The notes under the pieces were generated by a model. It was not told the origin of the DNA. It ran no database searches and saw only the letters and a program-made list of their open reading frames with translations. Positions 9,901 to 17,284 of a stretch of DNA of 29,987 nt are shown piece by piece. Source of the DNA: a virus (taxonomy: Duplodnaviria; Caudoviricetes); IMG/VR virus record IMGVR_UViG_3300049070_000354, positions 1-29,987 of that record. The stretch is one strand, 5' to 3'. The translations under genes and the position numbers were made by a program. The stretch's first letter is position 1; each line of letters opens with the position of its first letter.

Positions 9901-10685
9901 ACGAGCTGCGTTTGTACGACGCTGGTGATTCCGATCCGTACAAGACGATGAGCTTCGGCCGCAGCGTGCATTCATTCGTCTATTCGCGCGCACAGAATGC
10001 AGAAGATCACGACTTCGACGCCCGGCCACCTCGTCTGATTGGCTTCGGTGTTGTGCCCTTCACGGTCAACGAAGCCTTCGGTCTTCGCGTCTACGCTCCG
10101 GAGCGGAAGCTCTGGCTGAAGAAGCAGGTCGTTGAGTCGGATGTGATCCTGACCACCAATCCGGGTGTGACACGCTACAAGGTCACTCTGGATGACACGG
10201 TGCCAATCAACCGTCTCTATCAGAGCGGCCCCGCCTATCACCGAATCTATTCGGATTCCGGTCACACGACCCTGCTCCTGAACTACCCGGCTTCCTATGG
10301 TGGCTGGAAGAATCTGCCGGGCGGTGGCTCTTACTTCCTCAGCGAGGAGTTCGACGACGGCTACGAGTTCGACGTTGACATCGACACGATCATCGCCCCG
10401 ACCGGCGGCATCATCACCTTCACCGGCGCCACCGGCGGCGTCGGCCAAGCGACGCTCAACTGGACCAAGGCCAACGACGAGCCGCCCTTCATCGTAGCGC
10501 TCGAGGTGCTCTGGAACACGTCGAACAACATTAACACCGCCACGAATGTCGGTCAGGTAGATCCCACCCTTGGGACGCGCGTCGTCACCGGCCTGACCGC
10601 CGGCACGCGCTGGTTCTGGCTGCGGCACAAGTACTCCGACGGCAGCGTCGAGGTGGGCGGCCCGCAGACGGCCACGGTGACCTGA
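6978..10685 (+). CDS. Central tail fibre / tip attachment protein (lambda gpJ-like)
   Basis: 'GRGGG', 'GEGP..GL', 'VPSNYDP.TRTYDGTWDG', 'WSDNPA', 'GC....A.R' motifs, followed by FN3-like C-terminal domains; about 1235 aa. Confidence 0.92.
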   Translation: MTKPVFKGRGGGSGDDDKATRTPDSLHSTDTFEVLLGLGEGPWYGLAEGLQSFYFDDTPLVDNDNNVNFEGVEVQIYPGSDLGEAINLRLGGAASSNSVGVSLASGVTVTRTGTQTNIDYIDVRLVINQLLKTTDKGTFKEELEFFIEYKAESDLEWSKAFDGEIIDPMLEQQAAYTATGGGVTFAFTGFQAGFRRITFDGDRKIYWQSNTPLGEKEVGDLWFVSTNNITPSLINLKRWDGDSWEDLAYDPFTYYDVILDTDITTNIQFEDPDYFPNPTRTVWFGRPGDPAPAPDPEGWYDPPRAGDIWLSTSQFAPFAYNNYNWMEGAFNRADTTEVGTDGHIKFTEKTTSPTVKEYRFPVEQINEPYMVRVTKISPDSTTESIREIAWESWQEVQARTFTFPGTAAVRVLGKASDQLGRMPVFRGVWKMRLVKVPSNYDPTTRTYDGTWDGLWQVAWSDNPAYVFKDFVENERFGLSKIAPHTCVDSEIYEWGVWCDDIMADGTPRFTFNDYIRDTRSAKELAQYIAGSAAAKYVDDGDGNVFVLVDRSDEDPVCLFTKENIEGLFNYSYTDTQTRANELTVSFINPDLGWKPDFRLVQDLTHQDRYGAIPLPFVAVGCKNVKEAIRRAVYRMVSGIKETTIVSFRTNRKGLYCRPYNVILVGDSQMGWGLTGRIKERVSDTQILLRDPVTLEVGESYEAVFDIVNPDYPDTSQDPFITVTVPITTAEGTHTTLDFGDDLPELPDKAVFVIQGDGDTGTARPFRILRIDEVEDDPDKVDIAALSVYRNKWVDIEAYGEPGPGDSTTLPADGRPDPPTNIKVTESFRREGDQEVRVAMVSWEKSTTPGVAKHNIYLKLNESPRVLVASGSANFYEEIDLKFQHYQWQVTAVNFTGKESDPATVELDYTHLRPVLAVSHYFVKHVNPLTGHNDQDFFPKSAGNGGYIESEPVHVFGTDFELSWVDYPESDRPDGYELRLYDAGDSDPYKTMSFGRSVHSFVYSRAQNAEDHDFDARPPRLIGFGVVPFTVNEAFGLRVYAPERKLWLKKQVVESDVILTTNPGVTRYKVTLDDTVPINRLYQSGPAYHRIYSDSGHTTLLLNYPASYGGWKNLPGGGSYFLSEEFDDGYEFDVDIDTIIAPTGGIITFTGATGGVGQATLNWTKANDEPPFIVALEVLWNTSNNINTATNVGQVDPTLGTRVVTGLTAGTRWFWLRHKYSDGSVEVGGPQTATVT

Positions 10686-10873
10686 TGCGGGGCAAGAACA
10701 CCCGGGTCGTCACACTCTATGTGCAGCCGCGGCAGGACGACGAGATCGCCGTTTTGGCCGCCGCGGCCGGCCTCTCCAAGAGCGCCTATCTGGCGAAACT
10801 GGCGGCCGACGACTACGCGCGGCAGTTCGGCGATCTCGACCCGAAGCTGCTCCCGCCGCATAGCGCCGCATAG
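10685..10873 (+). CDS. Ribbon-helix-helix (CopG/Arc-like) DNA-binding protein
   Basis: 62 aa: beta strand 'RVVTLYV', then 'DEIAVLAAAAGLSKSAYLAKL', the RHH pattern. Confidence 0.65.
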   Translation: MRGKNTRVVTLYVQPRQDDEIAVLAAAAGLSKSAYLAKLAADDYARQFGDLDPKLLPPHSAA

Positions 10874-10908
10874 GGACGCACAGCCGCGTTCTGTGGCCTT
10901 TGTGGAGG

Positions 10909-11265
10909 ATGAACGAGCAGGTGATCATCGAGTCCCTCGGCCGCATCGAGAAAAGCGCTGGGGAGGCCGCCGCGTCCGCGGCCCAGGCCAATACGAACGT
11001 CGCCGTGCTCACGGAACGCGTCGACAACATGATCGACCGCACCAACGAGCACATCGCCATGGACGCCAAGGTCCACGAGAAGCTCGAGAAGGCTCTGCAG
11101 CGGAAGGACGACGAGGACAAGCGGCGCGACGAGAAGATCGGCGACATCAATACGAAGCACGAAAAGCTCACCTCCAAGATCGCCGCCTGGGCGGCGGTGC
11201 TGGGCGGCCTGGCCGCTGGCGCCTTCGAGGTCGTGAAGTCCGTTGCGGAGGCGGTCATCCGATGA
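10909..11265 (+). CDS. Putative holin/antiholin-like membrane protein (coiled coil + C-terminal TM)
   Basis: GGAGG just upstream; one C-terminal hydrophobic helix; lies immediately upstream of and is coupled to the endolysin. Confidence 0.5.
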   Translation: MNEQVIIESLGRIEKSAGEAAASAAQANTNVAVLTERVDNMIDRTNEHIAMDAKVHEKLEKALQRKDDEDKRRDEKIGDINTKHEKLTSKIAAWAAVLGGLAAGAFEVVKSVAEAVIR

Positions 11266-11855
11266 CCGACATTCTGGCCGGTATGCGCGGCCCGGTCGCG
11301 CACGCTCCCAACGACATCGTGCAACGCACGGCGCGCATGCTGAACTGTGAGCCGGCCGCGGTGGCGGCCGTGGCCGCCGTCGAGGGCGCCGGCGTCGGCA
11401 TGGATGAGAAGGATCGCCCGCTCATTCGCTACGAGCGCCACGTCTTCGCGCGCGAGACGCAGCAGCTCTACAATCGCTCGCACCCGCATCTGAGCGGCCG
11501 CTACGACCCGAAGTTCAAGGCTGGCGACTTCGACCACCGCTGGAAGATCCTGGAAGAGGCCGCGACGCTCAACCTGTCGGCCGCGCTCAAGGCCACGTCC
11601 TGGGGCATGTTCCAGGTGATGGGTTTCAACCATCGCCAGTGCGGTTACGACACTGTTGAGGAGATGGTGCGCTCGTTCGCGAAGTCGGAGACGAACCAGT
11701 ACGCCGGCCTCGTGAAGTTTCTCACGGCCGCCAATCTCATCGCGGCGCTCCGCTTCAAGAACTGGGGCGCATTCGCCCGGGGCTACAACGGCCCGAGCTA
11801 CGCCGACTTCCAATACGACAAGCGCCTCGCCAGCGCCTATGCGAAGGCAAAATGA
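11262..11855 (+). CDS. Endolysin, N-acetylmuramidase family (DUF3380-like)
   Basis: 'AVAAVE...RPLIRYERHVF...SWGMFQVMGFN...WGAFARGYNGP.Y...YD..LA.AY' signature. Confidence 0.92.
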   Translation: MTDILAGMRGPVAHAPNDIVQRTARMLNCEPAAVAAVAAVEGAGVGMDEKDRPLIRYERHVFARETQQLYNRSHPHLSGRYDPKFKAGDFDHRWKILEEAATLNLSAALKATSWGMFQVMGFNHRQCGYDTVEEMVRSFAKSETNQYAGLVKFLTAANLIAALRFKNWGAFARGYNGPSYADFQYDKRLASAYAKAK

Positions 11856-12250
11856 ACATCCTGCTCGACCTCCGCGCCTGGCTCGCCGGCCTGGCGATGT
11901 TTCTGCTCTGGCAGAACAGCGACCTGAACAGCCGTCTGCTGCGCAAGGATGTCGCCGCCGCCGAGGCACGTGCCGAAGCACTCGAACAAGCCGCCGCGCA
12001 TGCAGCACGCGCGGAGGAATCCGCCGCCCGAGCGGAAGCCCTAGTCGGTCGTGTGGACCGACGTCTTCGTGATCTCACCGGAGCAATCCATGAACTTCCT
12101 CAAGCTTCGGATCCCGTTGTGGATCCCACTTATCCTCTCGTGCGTCGCGGTCTGTGTGAGCTGCGTGCAGATGCCGGCGTCCACGATCCCAACTGTGTCG
12201 GTGCGGGCGACGCTGTTGGAACCGGAACCCCTACAGAACGTCCCTCCTGA
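11852..12250 (+). CDS. Inner-membrane spanin (Rz-like)
   Basis: N-terminal TM, Ala-rich coiled coil and C-terminal Cys residues; follows the endolysin. Confidence 0.75.
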   Translation: MNILLDLRAWLAGLAMFLLWQNSDLNSRLLRKDVAAAEARAEALEQAAAHAARAEESAARAEALVGRVDRRLRDLTGAIHELPQASDPVVDPTYPLVRRGLCELRADAGVHDPNCVGAGDAVGTGTPTERPS

Positions 12251-12401
12251 GGGAGCGTCACAAGCTGACCGAGGCGACTTCGACCTCGGCAACGAGAGAG
12301 CACGCCTCGCTTGCGAGGCAGACCGGGCGGCACTGCGTGAGGCGCTGGCAGTTGCGCTCCGCGGTAGTGAGTCAGCCGCGGCGGGGCGTGCTCCCCAATG
12401 A
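12090..12401 (+). CDS. Outer-membrane spanin lipoprotein (Rz1-like), overlapping the i-spanin
   Basis: GGAG RBS, signal peptide ending in lipobox-like 'CVSC', Pro-rich segment; lies in a different frame within the 3' half of the i-spanin. Confidence 0.65.
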   Translation: MNFLKLRIPLWIPLILSCVAVCVSCVQMPASTIPTVSVRATLLEPEPLQNVPPEGASQADRGDFDLGNERARLACEADRAALREALAVALRGSESAAAGRAPQ

Positions 12402-12739
12402 CCGGCTTCATCTTCCGAGCGTACACGCATAGCGACTTCAGCAAGCAGGTGCAGCTGAAGTCGCTGGTCGACGGCGTCGAGACGCCGGTGGACCTCACCG
12501 GCGCCACCTTCTCGATGCAAGCGCGGACGTCTCGTGAGGCACAGGCGGTCGCGTTCACGCCGACGATCACGGTCACCGGCGAGGAGACTGGCGAGTTCAC
12601 CATCTCGATTCCCTTTGAGGCGCTCGAGGACGTGCCGCCGGGCACCTACTACTCCGACATCGTGATGACGGTGAGTGGTCGGCCGACGCGGATTCTGGGC
12701 GGCCGCATCGTCGTGGAGCAGCAGGTCACGCATGCCTGA
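12398..12739 (+). CDS. Virion structural / fibre adaptor protein (BppU N-terminal-like)
   Basis: 'PVDLTGATFSMQAR...G.F.I......G.YYSDI....G...IL.G.I.V' pattern typical of phage Ig-like adaptor proteins. Confidence 0.6.
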   Translation: MTGFIFRAYTHSDFSKQVQLKSLVDGVETPVDLTGATFSMQARTSREAQAVAFTPTITVTGEETGEFTISIPFEALEDVPPGTYYSDIVMTVSGRPTRILGGRIVVEQQVTHA

Positions 12740-13307
12740 CGTCGTCTTCCTGATCGATGATCGCGAGACGCTGATCATGACAGACCGCATGCCCGAGATG
12801 GTTGCGGTCGACATGGGTGTGCCCGGTCCTCCGGGACCACCTGGTCCAACCTCCATCTACACGGCCGGCAACGCACTCTCTGAGAACGCCAACGAGTTCG
12901 ACGTGTTGGTCGACGGTGTGTCGGTCGGCATCAACGACGACAACAAGCTCGAGGTTATCCAACGTCCTTACGACGTCGGGTTGTTCATCGAAGGCAACTC
13001 TGCTGATCTCAACAAGACGCGTCGTCATGTAATCGCGCGCGCCATGCTGATCCCTGGTGACTTCGCTGGATCGCAAGCTTGGTGCGCCAACGACGACGGA
13101 GCGGAACGCGTGTTCGTCGTGAAGAAGAATGGCGCCCAGGTCGGCACCATCACCTTCGCGGCGAGCGCTCAGACCGGCACCTTTGAGGCGGATACACCTG
13201 CTACGGACATCATCTTCGCCGTGGGTGATCGCCTCGAGATCACCATTCCAGCCGCTCTCGGCGACATGACCGAGATCTCCATCACGTTCCTAGGCTATCG
13301 CACATGA
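12732..13307 (+). CDS. Putative fibre protein with short collagen-like motif and beta-sandwich head
   Basis: GVPGPPGPPGP, then a C-terminal beta-rich domain 'KKNG...GTITF...FAVGDRL'. Confidence 0.6.
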   Translation: MPDVVFLIDDRETLIMTDRMPEMVAVDMGVPGPPGPPGPTSIYTAGNALSENANEFDVLVDGVSVGINDDNKLEVIQRPYDVGLFIEGNSADLNKTRRHVIARAMLIPGDFAGSQAWCANDDGAERVFVVKKNGAQVGTITFAASAQTGTFEADTPATDIIFAVGDRLEITIPAALGDMTEISITFLGYRT

Positions 13308-13492
13308 TCCGCACCACGCGCTGGCGTCCCGATACCTGCGAATGCATCCTCACCTACGATTGGGAGGGTGACAAGATCATTGGCAACCACGTTGCCGAAC
13401 GGAAGTGTGAGCTCCACCGTTCGCTTCACGGCAAGGAGCACTTCGACGCTGTGTGCGCTCACAACCGGGCAAACAACACCGCCGATGGTTAA
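13304..13492 (+). CDS. Small Cys/His-containing hypothetical protein
   Basis: 62 aa, overlaps both neighbours; 'WRPDTCEC...C..H' motif. Confidence 0.6.
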   Translation: MIRTTRWRPDTCECILTYDWEGDKIIGNHVAERKCELHRSLHGKEHFDAVCAHNRANNTADG

Positions 13493-15470
13493 GTCCCTGA
13501 TTGGTGCCGGTGCACAACCCAACAACGGACTCTCGCTGGGCCTGTCGAACCAGACAGTGTATCAGGCACCCGACTTCGGGTTCGTGAATCTTTCGAGCGC
13601 GTCGTCTGTTGCTGAAGCAGACGTTCAGATCACAGCTCGCGCTCCGCACCACGTTAGCAATCTCAGCGTTCGAGTTGTCTCCAACACCTTCACCTTTGCG
13701 GTGGTGGCCCGCTTTCGCAAGAATGGCGCGAATGGCAATCAATCTGCTTCCATCGCCGCTGGCACGACCGGTCTCTTTGAGGATGTGAGCAGCGTCGATA
13801 CACTCGCCCCTGGCGACCTCTTCTGCACGTCAATCACCACGCCGACCGATGCGGCAAAGTCCGTCAGCGTCTCCAGCATTCTGCTTACGCTGGACAGTGA
13901 CGGCGCGGCGATCACGTATCCCGGCTGCCACTCAACCAGCGTCTTTGATCCCTGGGACTCGAGCTCCACATCAGCTCTCAGCCTCGGCATTGGCTGGGGC
14001 GGCTATCAGGCGACCGCATCGTCCTTCCCGACGAACTCCCCGCGGATGAACGTCAGCGGTGTGTTGAGCAACCTTCAGGTCCGCGTGAAGACGAACACTC
14101 GCACCGAGGATTGTGTCGTCACCACTCGCATCAACAACGCCAACGGCAACCAAAGCGTCACGATCACCGCCGGCGTGACCGGCCTGTTCGAAGACACGAC
14201 GAACACTGACACTATAGACGGTGATGATCAGGTCGGCTTCCTGCTGACCTCCGTTGCGGCCAGCGGCACCATCCTCGTTTCTCGTGTCGGCACGATGCTC
14301 AGCAGCGCAGCTCGTGAGATGCCGCTCGCCTCCTCCGGTAACGCCGGCCTCCTGGTCAGTAACGAAGGCGATGACAAGTATCTGCGCCTTCTCGGTCGCT
14401 CAGCCGGTGCTGGCTCAACGACGCTGACGGCTAACACGAACGCCACCGCGCTGCGGATTCCCTTCGATTGCGTCGCGCGGAAGATGTGGATGCGGACTGC
14501 CGGCACAGTTGGTACCGCCCCTCTGGTGCTCCACTTCAGCATCAATGGATCTGACGCAAATCAGGCGATCAGCATTCCGGTCAGTACAGCCAGCGGCTAC
14601 TTCGAGGACGCGTCCAATACTGACGACGTCACCGCCGGTGATGATATCTCGATACACTACCCCGCAGCGACGGGCGCCAGTCACACGCTGGGCTCCTGGG
14701 GCGTGACACTCGTCTCTGAAGCGGACCCAATCACGACGGCCTACACTGAGCTTGCCAGCGCCGTCAGCACCACCGACGCCACCCAATACACGTTTGCGTC
14801 GCAGGAGATCGGCATCCACGCAAATCGACCGAAGATCGTGCGTGTATTCGGCCGCTCGAACTCGAATGATGGGCGTGTGGCTCGCGTTCGCGTCGGAGGC
14901 GTGGACCTCACTCGCATCGTTGATCTGCTCCACGACTCCAACAACAACACGCCCGCGACGACAGTGGCCGTCTTCACCGGCGTCGTTGGCCTGACCGGCC
15001 TGCAGGACATCATCATCGACTTCACGACGGATGGTGAGGTGGGCGGCACCGCTGCTACGCAGCTGCGCTGCGGCTACGAGATCGGCGAAACCGACATTGA
15101 TCTGACGGCATTCGATACGGCAACCGCGGGCTCGGGCACACGCAGCGCTGGAACGACCATCGACGTTCCTGAGGGCGGCCTGGTCGTTACCGTGTCGGCC
15201 GTTTCTGTCGGTCTCAATTCCGTGCCCCTCGCCTCGCACACCGGCGTGGCGAACGTCACGACTGAGGTGATGGTCGAGGGCAACAACTCGGCGTTCGCAT
15301 GTTGCGACGAAGGTGAGCTCGCGGCTGAGAGCGCACGCACCATTCAGGTCAATTTCGGTGGTAGCGGTTCGGTCGATGACCATGCGCTCGCGGTCGCGTC
15401 ATTCGGTCCCATCGGCGCCGTTAACGACAATGAGCACGGCGAGACTCTATTCCAGCTCGTCGTTGGGTGA
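13485..15470 (+). CDS. Putative tail fibre / receptor-binding protein with three internal repeats
   Basis: 661 aa, S/T/G/A-rich and beta-type; three copies of 'NG..NQ...I.AG.TG.FED....D....GD'. Confidence 0.7.
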   Translation: MVKSLIGAGAQPNNGLSLGLSNQTVYQAPDFGFVNLSSASSVAEADVQITARAPHHVSNLSVRVVSNTFTFAVVARFRKNGANGNQSASIAAGTTGLFEDVSSVDTLAPGDLFCTSITTPTDAAKSVSVSSILLTLDSDGAAITYPGCHSTSVFDPWDSSSTSALSLGIGWGGYQATASSFPTNSPRMNVSGVLSNLQVRVKTNTRTEDCVVTTRINNANGNQSVTITAGVTGLFEDTTNTDTIDGDDQVGFLLTSVAASGTILVSRVGTMLSSAAREMPLASSGNAGLLVSNEGDDKYLRLLGRSAGAGSTTLTANTNATALRIPFDCVARKMWMRTAGTVGTAPLVLHFSINGSDANQAISIPVSTASGYFEDASNTDDVTAGDDISIHYPAATGASHTLGSWGVTLVSEADPITTAYTELASAVSTTDATQYTFASQEIGIHANRPKIVRVFGRSNSNDGRVARVRVGGVDLTRIVDLLHDSNNNTPATTVAVFTGVVGLTGLQDIIIDFTTDGEVGGTAATQLRCGYEIGETDIDLTAFDTATAGSGTRSAGTTIDVPEGGLVVTVSAVSVGLNSVPLASHTGVANVTTEVMVEGNNSAFACCDEGELAAESARTIQVNFGGSGSVDDHALAVASFGPIGAVNDNEHGETLFQLVVG

Positions 15471-15482
15471 TATAGCCCACTC

Positions 15483-15647
15483 ATGAAATGGGCTCTCGTG
15501 GACGACCAGAACGTGGTCGTCGCAATATCTTCTGCCGCCGACGAAGCCGTCGTCGAGCACGTGTTTCTGATCGAGATCGAGGACAACTCACCGGTGGCGC
15601 CTGGCTGGCGCTACGACCCGGCTGAGGATGAATTCAAGGCCCCTTAA
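15483..15647 (+). CDS. Small tail-fibre assembly/chaperone-like protein
   Basis: Read by hand: MKWALVDDQNVVVAI...VAPGWRYDPAEDEFKAP (54 aa); the 'GW.YD...F..P' end is typical of genes following fibres. Confidence 0.65.
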   Translation: MKWALVDDQNVVVAISSAADEAVVEHVFLIEIEDNSPVAPGWRYDPAEDEFKAP

Positions 15648-15658
15648 GAGGCGTCTTA

Positions 15659-15778
15659 TGGTGCATTAGCAGGCAGGATTCGAACCTGCGGCTCCCGGTA
15701 TCAAACGCCCATGCAGGACTCGGTTCCGTGGAGCTGTCTGCAGCCAGAGGGTTTAAACCACTCACCCACTGCTAATGC
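15659..15778 (-). tRNA. Atypical tRNA-Cys(GCA)-like gene: 10-bp acceptor stem, 38-nt insertion in anticodon loop, encoded CCA
   Basis: Minus strand reads GCATTAGCAG-TG-GGT-GAGTGGTTTAA-ACC-C-TCTGG-CT-GCA-G-[38 nt]-A-CCGGG-AGCC-GCAGG-TTCGAAT-CCTGC-CTGCTAATGC-A-CCA. D arm, T arm and CCA are canonical. Confidence 0.7.
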
Positions 15779-15948
15779 TTGCGCCCGACAAGCCGGTCGA
15801 GCTTCGCAGCGTACTGGAAGCCACGGGTCCGGTTGCCTTGCGAGAGTACGTCGGTGACGTCGAGCTCGGCGCCGATGTAGTAGTCGTTCATCCCCTGGAT
15901 GAAGTCCCACCACTTCTCGCAGGTCGAGAGATCAACGCTTGCCGGCAT
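15772..15948 (-). CDS. Hypothetical protein
   Basis: 58-aa ORF MPASVDLSTCEKWWDF... fills the gap between the upstream gene and the tRNA-like element; start uncertain. Confidence 0.45.
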   Translation of the reverse strand: MPASVDLSTCEKWWDFIQGMNDYYIGAELDVTDVLSQGNRTRGFQYAAKLDRLVGRKH

Positions 15949-16069
15949 AGTAGGCCACAGGGAGAAGCAAGTGGGCGAGCAGGACGGCGATCCACGGAAT
16001 CTCGCCCACCCACGGAGCACCCGCGGCGGTCGCCGCCCAATCGTCGAAGCAATACCAGAAGAATAGCAT
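15932..16069 (-). CDS. Small membrane protein
   Basis: 45 aa MLFFWYCF...WIAVLLAHLLLPVAYYAGKR; TGATG coupling to the upstream gene. Confidence 0.55.
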   Translation of the reverse strand: MLFFWYCFDDWAATAAGAPWVGEIPWIAVLLAHLLLPVAYYAGKR

Positions 16070-16287
16070 CAGGCGCCCGCCAGCTTGTAGTCGGTGCCGA
16101 ACCGCGACCGCTTCGCCCAACGGCCGTTGCCGCCGGTCTTGTGCTTGCCGGTCCGGTCGCAGGTGATGATGCGGACCTTGTCGTCGTTGTCGTCCGCTTC
16201 GAGCACCTTGATGAAGCGCTCGAACCGCGTGTCCTTGTCACGCCAGATCTGGCCGACCTGGATGGTCGCCGGTGGTTTCTTTGCCAT
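16069..16287 (-). CDS. Hypothetical protein (SH3-like small beta domain)
   Basis: 72 aa with 'IQVGQIWRDKD.R...IKV'; GGAG RBS. Confidence 0.7.
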   Translation of the reverse strand: MAKKPPATIQVGQIWRDKDTRFERFIKVLEADDNDDKVRIITCDRTGKHKTGGNGRWAKRSRFGTDYKLAGA

Positions 16288-16291
16288 TGGG

Positions 16292-17059
16292 TTAGATCTC
16301 CACGAGGAGGCTGGGGTTGAAGGTGATGTTGAGGTGTTCCGGACCCATGCCGACGTAGCCGCGTGGGTTTGCGACGACCCGCGTGCGGTCGATGCAGTAG
16401 TCGAAGGTCTGATGCACGTGGCCGTGGATCCAGAGTGCCGGCTGGCGCTCCAGGATCAGCTTCTCGAGGTTCGACGCGTAGCAAGGAGTGAGCGGGTTGC
16501 CCGCGTAGTGCACCCGATCCGTCGACTGCTCGCTGGGCGCGTGGTGTGTCACGACGACTGTCTTGCCATCGAAGTCGCGCGCGAGCTCGCCTTCGATGAA
16601 GGCGCGCGACTCATGGTGAATATCGAGCCAGTCCTGCACGCCCATGCCGCCTTGATGGCGGTCGTCGAACATCTGGATCTTGTCGAAGTCGCGCATGCCT
16701 CGCCGCGCGGCCAGACCAGCAGTGAACGTATCGCCCCAGATCTCGAGATCGGTCCACAGCGTCGCGCAGATGAAGCGCACGCCGTTGATGACGAACGTCG
16801 AGTTGTGGCCGAAGAGGATACCCGCATCCGCGGAGCGCTTGGCCATCGCCAGCACGTGGTCGGAATATATACGGCCCCAGAACTCGTGGTTGCCCGGCAC
16901 GTAGATGACCGGAACATCCTTGAAGATCATCTGCGCCCACGCGATGCCGGACTTGCCCGGGCCGATGTCGCCGGCGAGCACGACCACATCGCATTCGGGC
17001 GGCTCGTGCCGAAACTTCCCGAACTCGATGTGGACGTCGGAGAGGACGTGGATCTTCAA
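16292..17059 (-). CDS. Calcineurin-like metallophosphoesterase
   Basis: SDVH, LAGDI, GNHE, THHAP, HGHVH and NPRGY motifs. Confidence 0.92.
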   Translation of the reverse strand: MKIHVLSDVHIEFGKFRHEPPECDVVVLAGDIGPGKSGIAWAQMIFKDVPVIYVPGNHEFWGRIYSDHVLAMAKRSADAGILFGHNSTFVINGVRFICATLWTDLEIWGDTFTAGLAARRGMRDFDKIQMFDDRHQGGMGVQDWLDIHHESRAFIEGELARDFDGKTVVVTHHAPSEQSTDRVHYAGNPLTPCYASNLEKLILERQPALWIHGHVHQTFDYCIDRTRVVANPRGYVGMGPEHLNITFNPSLLVEI

Positions 17060-17217
17060 ATCAGGAAGCGCCAGACCAGGAAGGCGGCGCCGGCGGCGTA
17101 GAAGCTGAACGAGATGTAGTGCCGCATCGTGCGGTCAACGGGCAGGTGCTCGACCGCAGCCGCACCCAAGCCCACGGCGATCAGCATCGCAGCGATCTGA
17201 ACGATTGCAGCAGCCAT
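17056..17217 (-). CDS. Small two-TM membrane protein
   Basis: Read by hand: MAAAIVQIAAMLIAVGLG...FYAAGAAFLVWRFLI (53 aa); GGAG RBS; TTGA overlap with the next gene. Confidence 0.65.
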   Translation of the reverse strand: MAAAIVQIAAMLIAVGLGAAAVEHLPVDRTMRHYISFSFYAAGAAFLVWRFLI

Positions 17218-17230
17218 GAATTACTCCGGG

Positions 17231-17256
17231 AAAAGAAACGGGGACTTGTGTCCCCG
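17231..17256 (-). terminator. Rho-independent terminator
   Basis: Minus strand CGGGGAC-ACAA-GTCCCCG followed by TTTCTTTT, downstream of the glycosyltransferase gene. Confidence 0.8.
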
Positions 17257-17284
17257 AGTTGAGCACGCCTTTACGCAGGCGACG

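Noticed and set aside
15659-15778. tmRNA or tRNA-Sec identity for the tRNA-like element
   Set aside because: Too short for tmRNA and lacks G3-U70; it has a 3-bp D stem, no UCA anticodon and no long variable arm.
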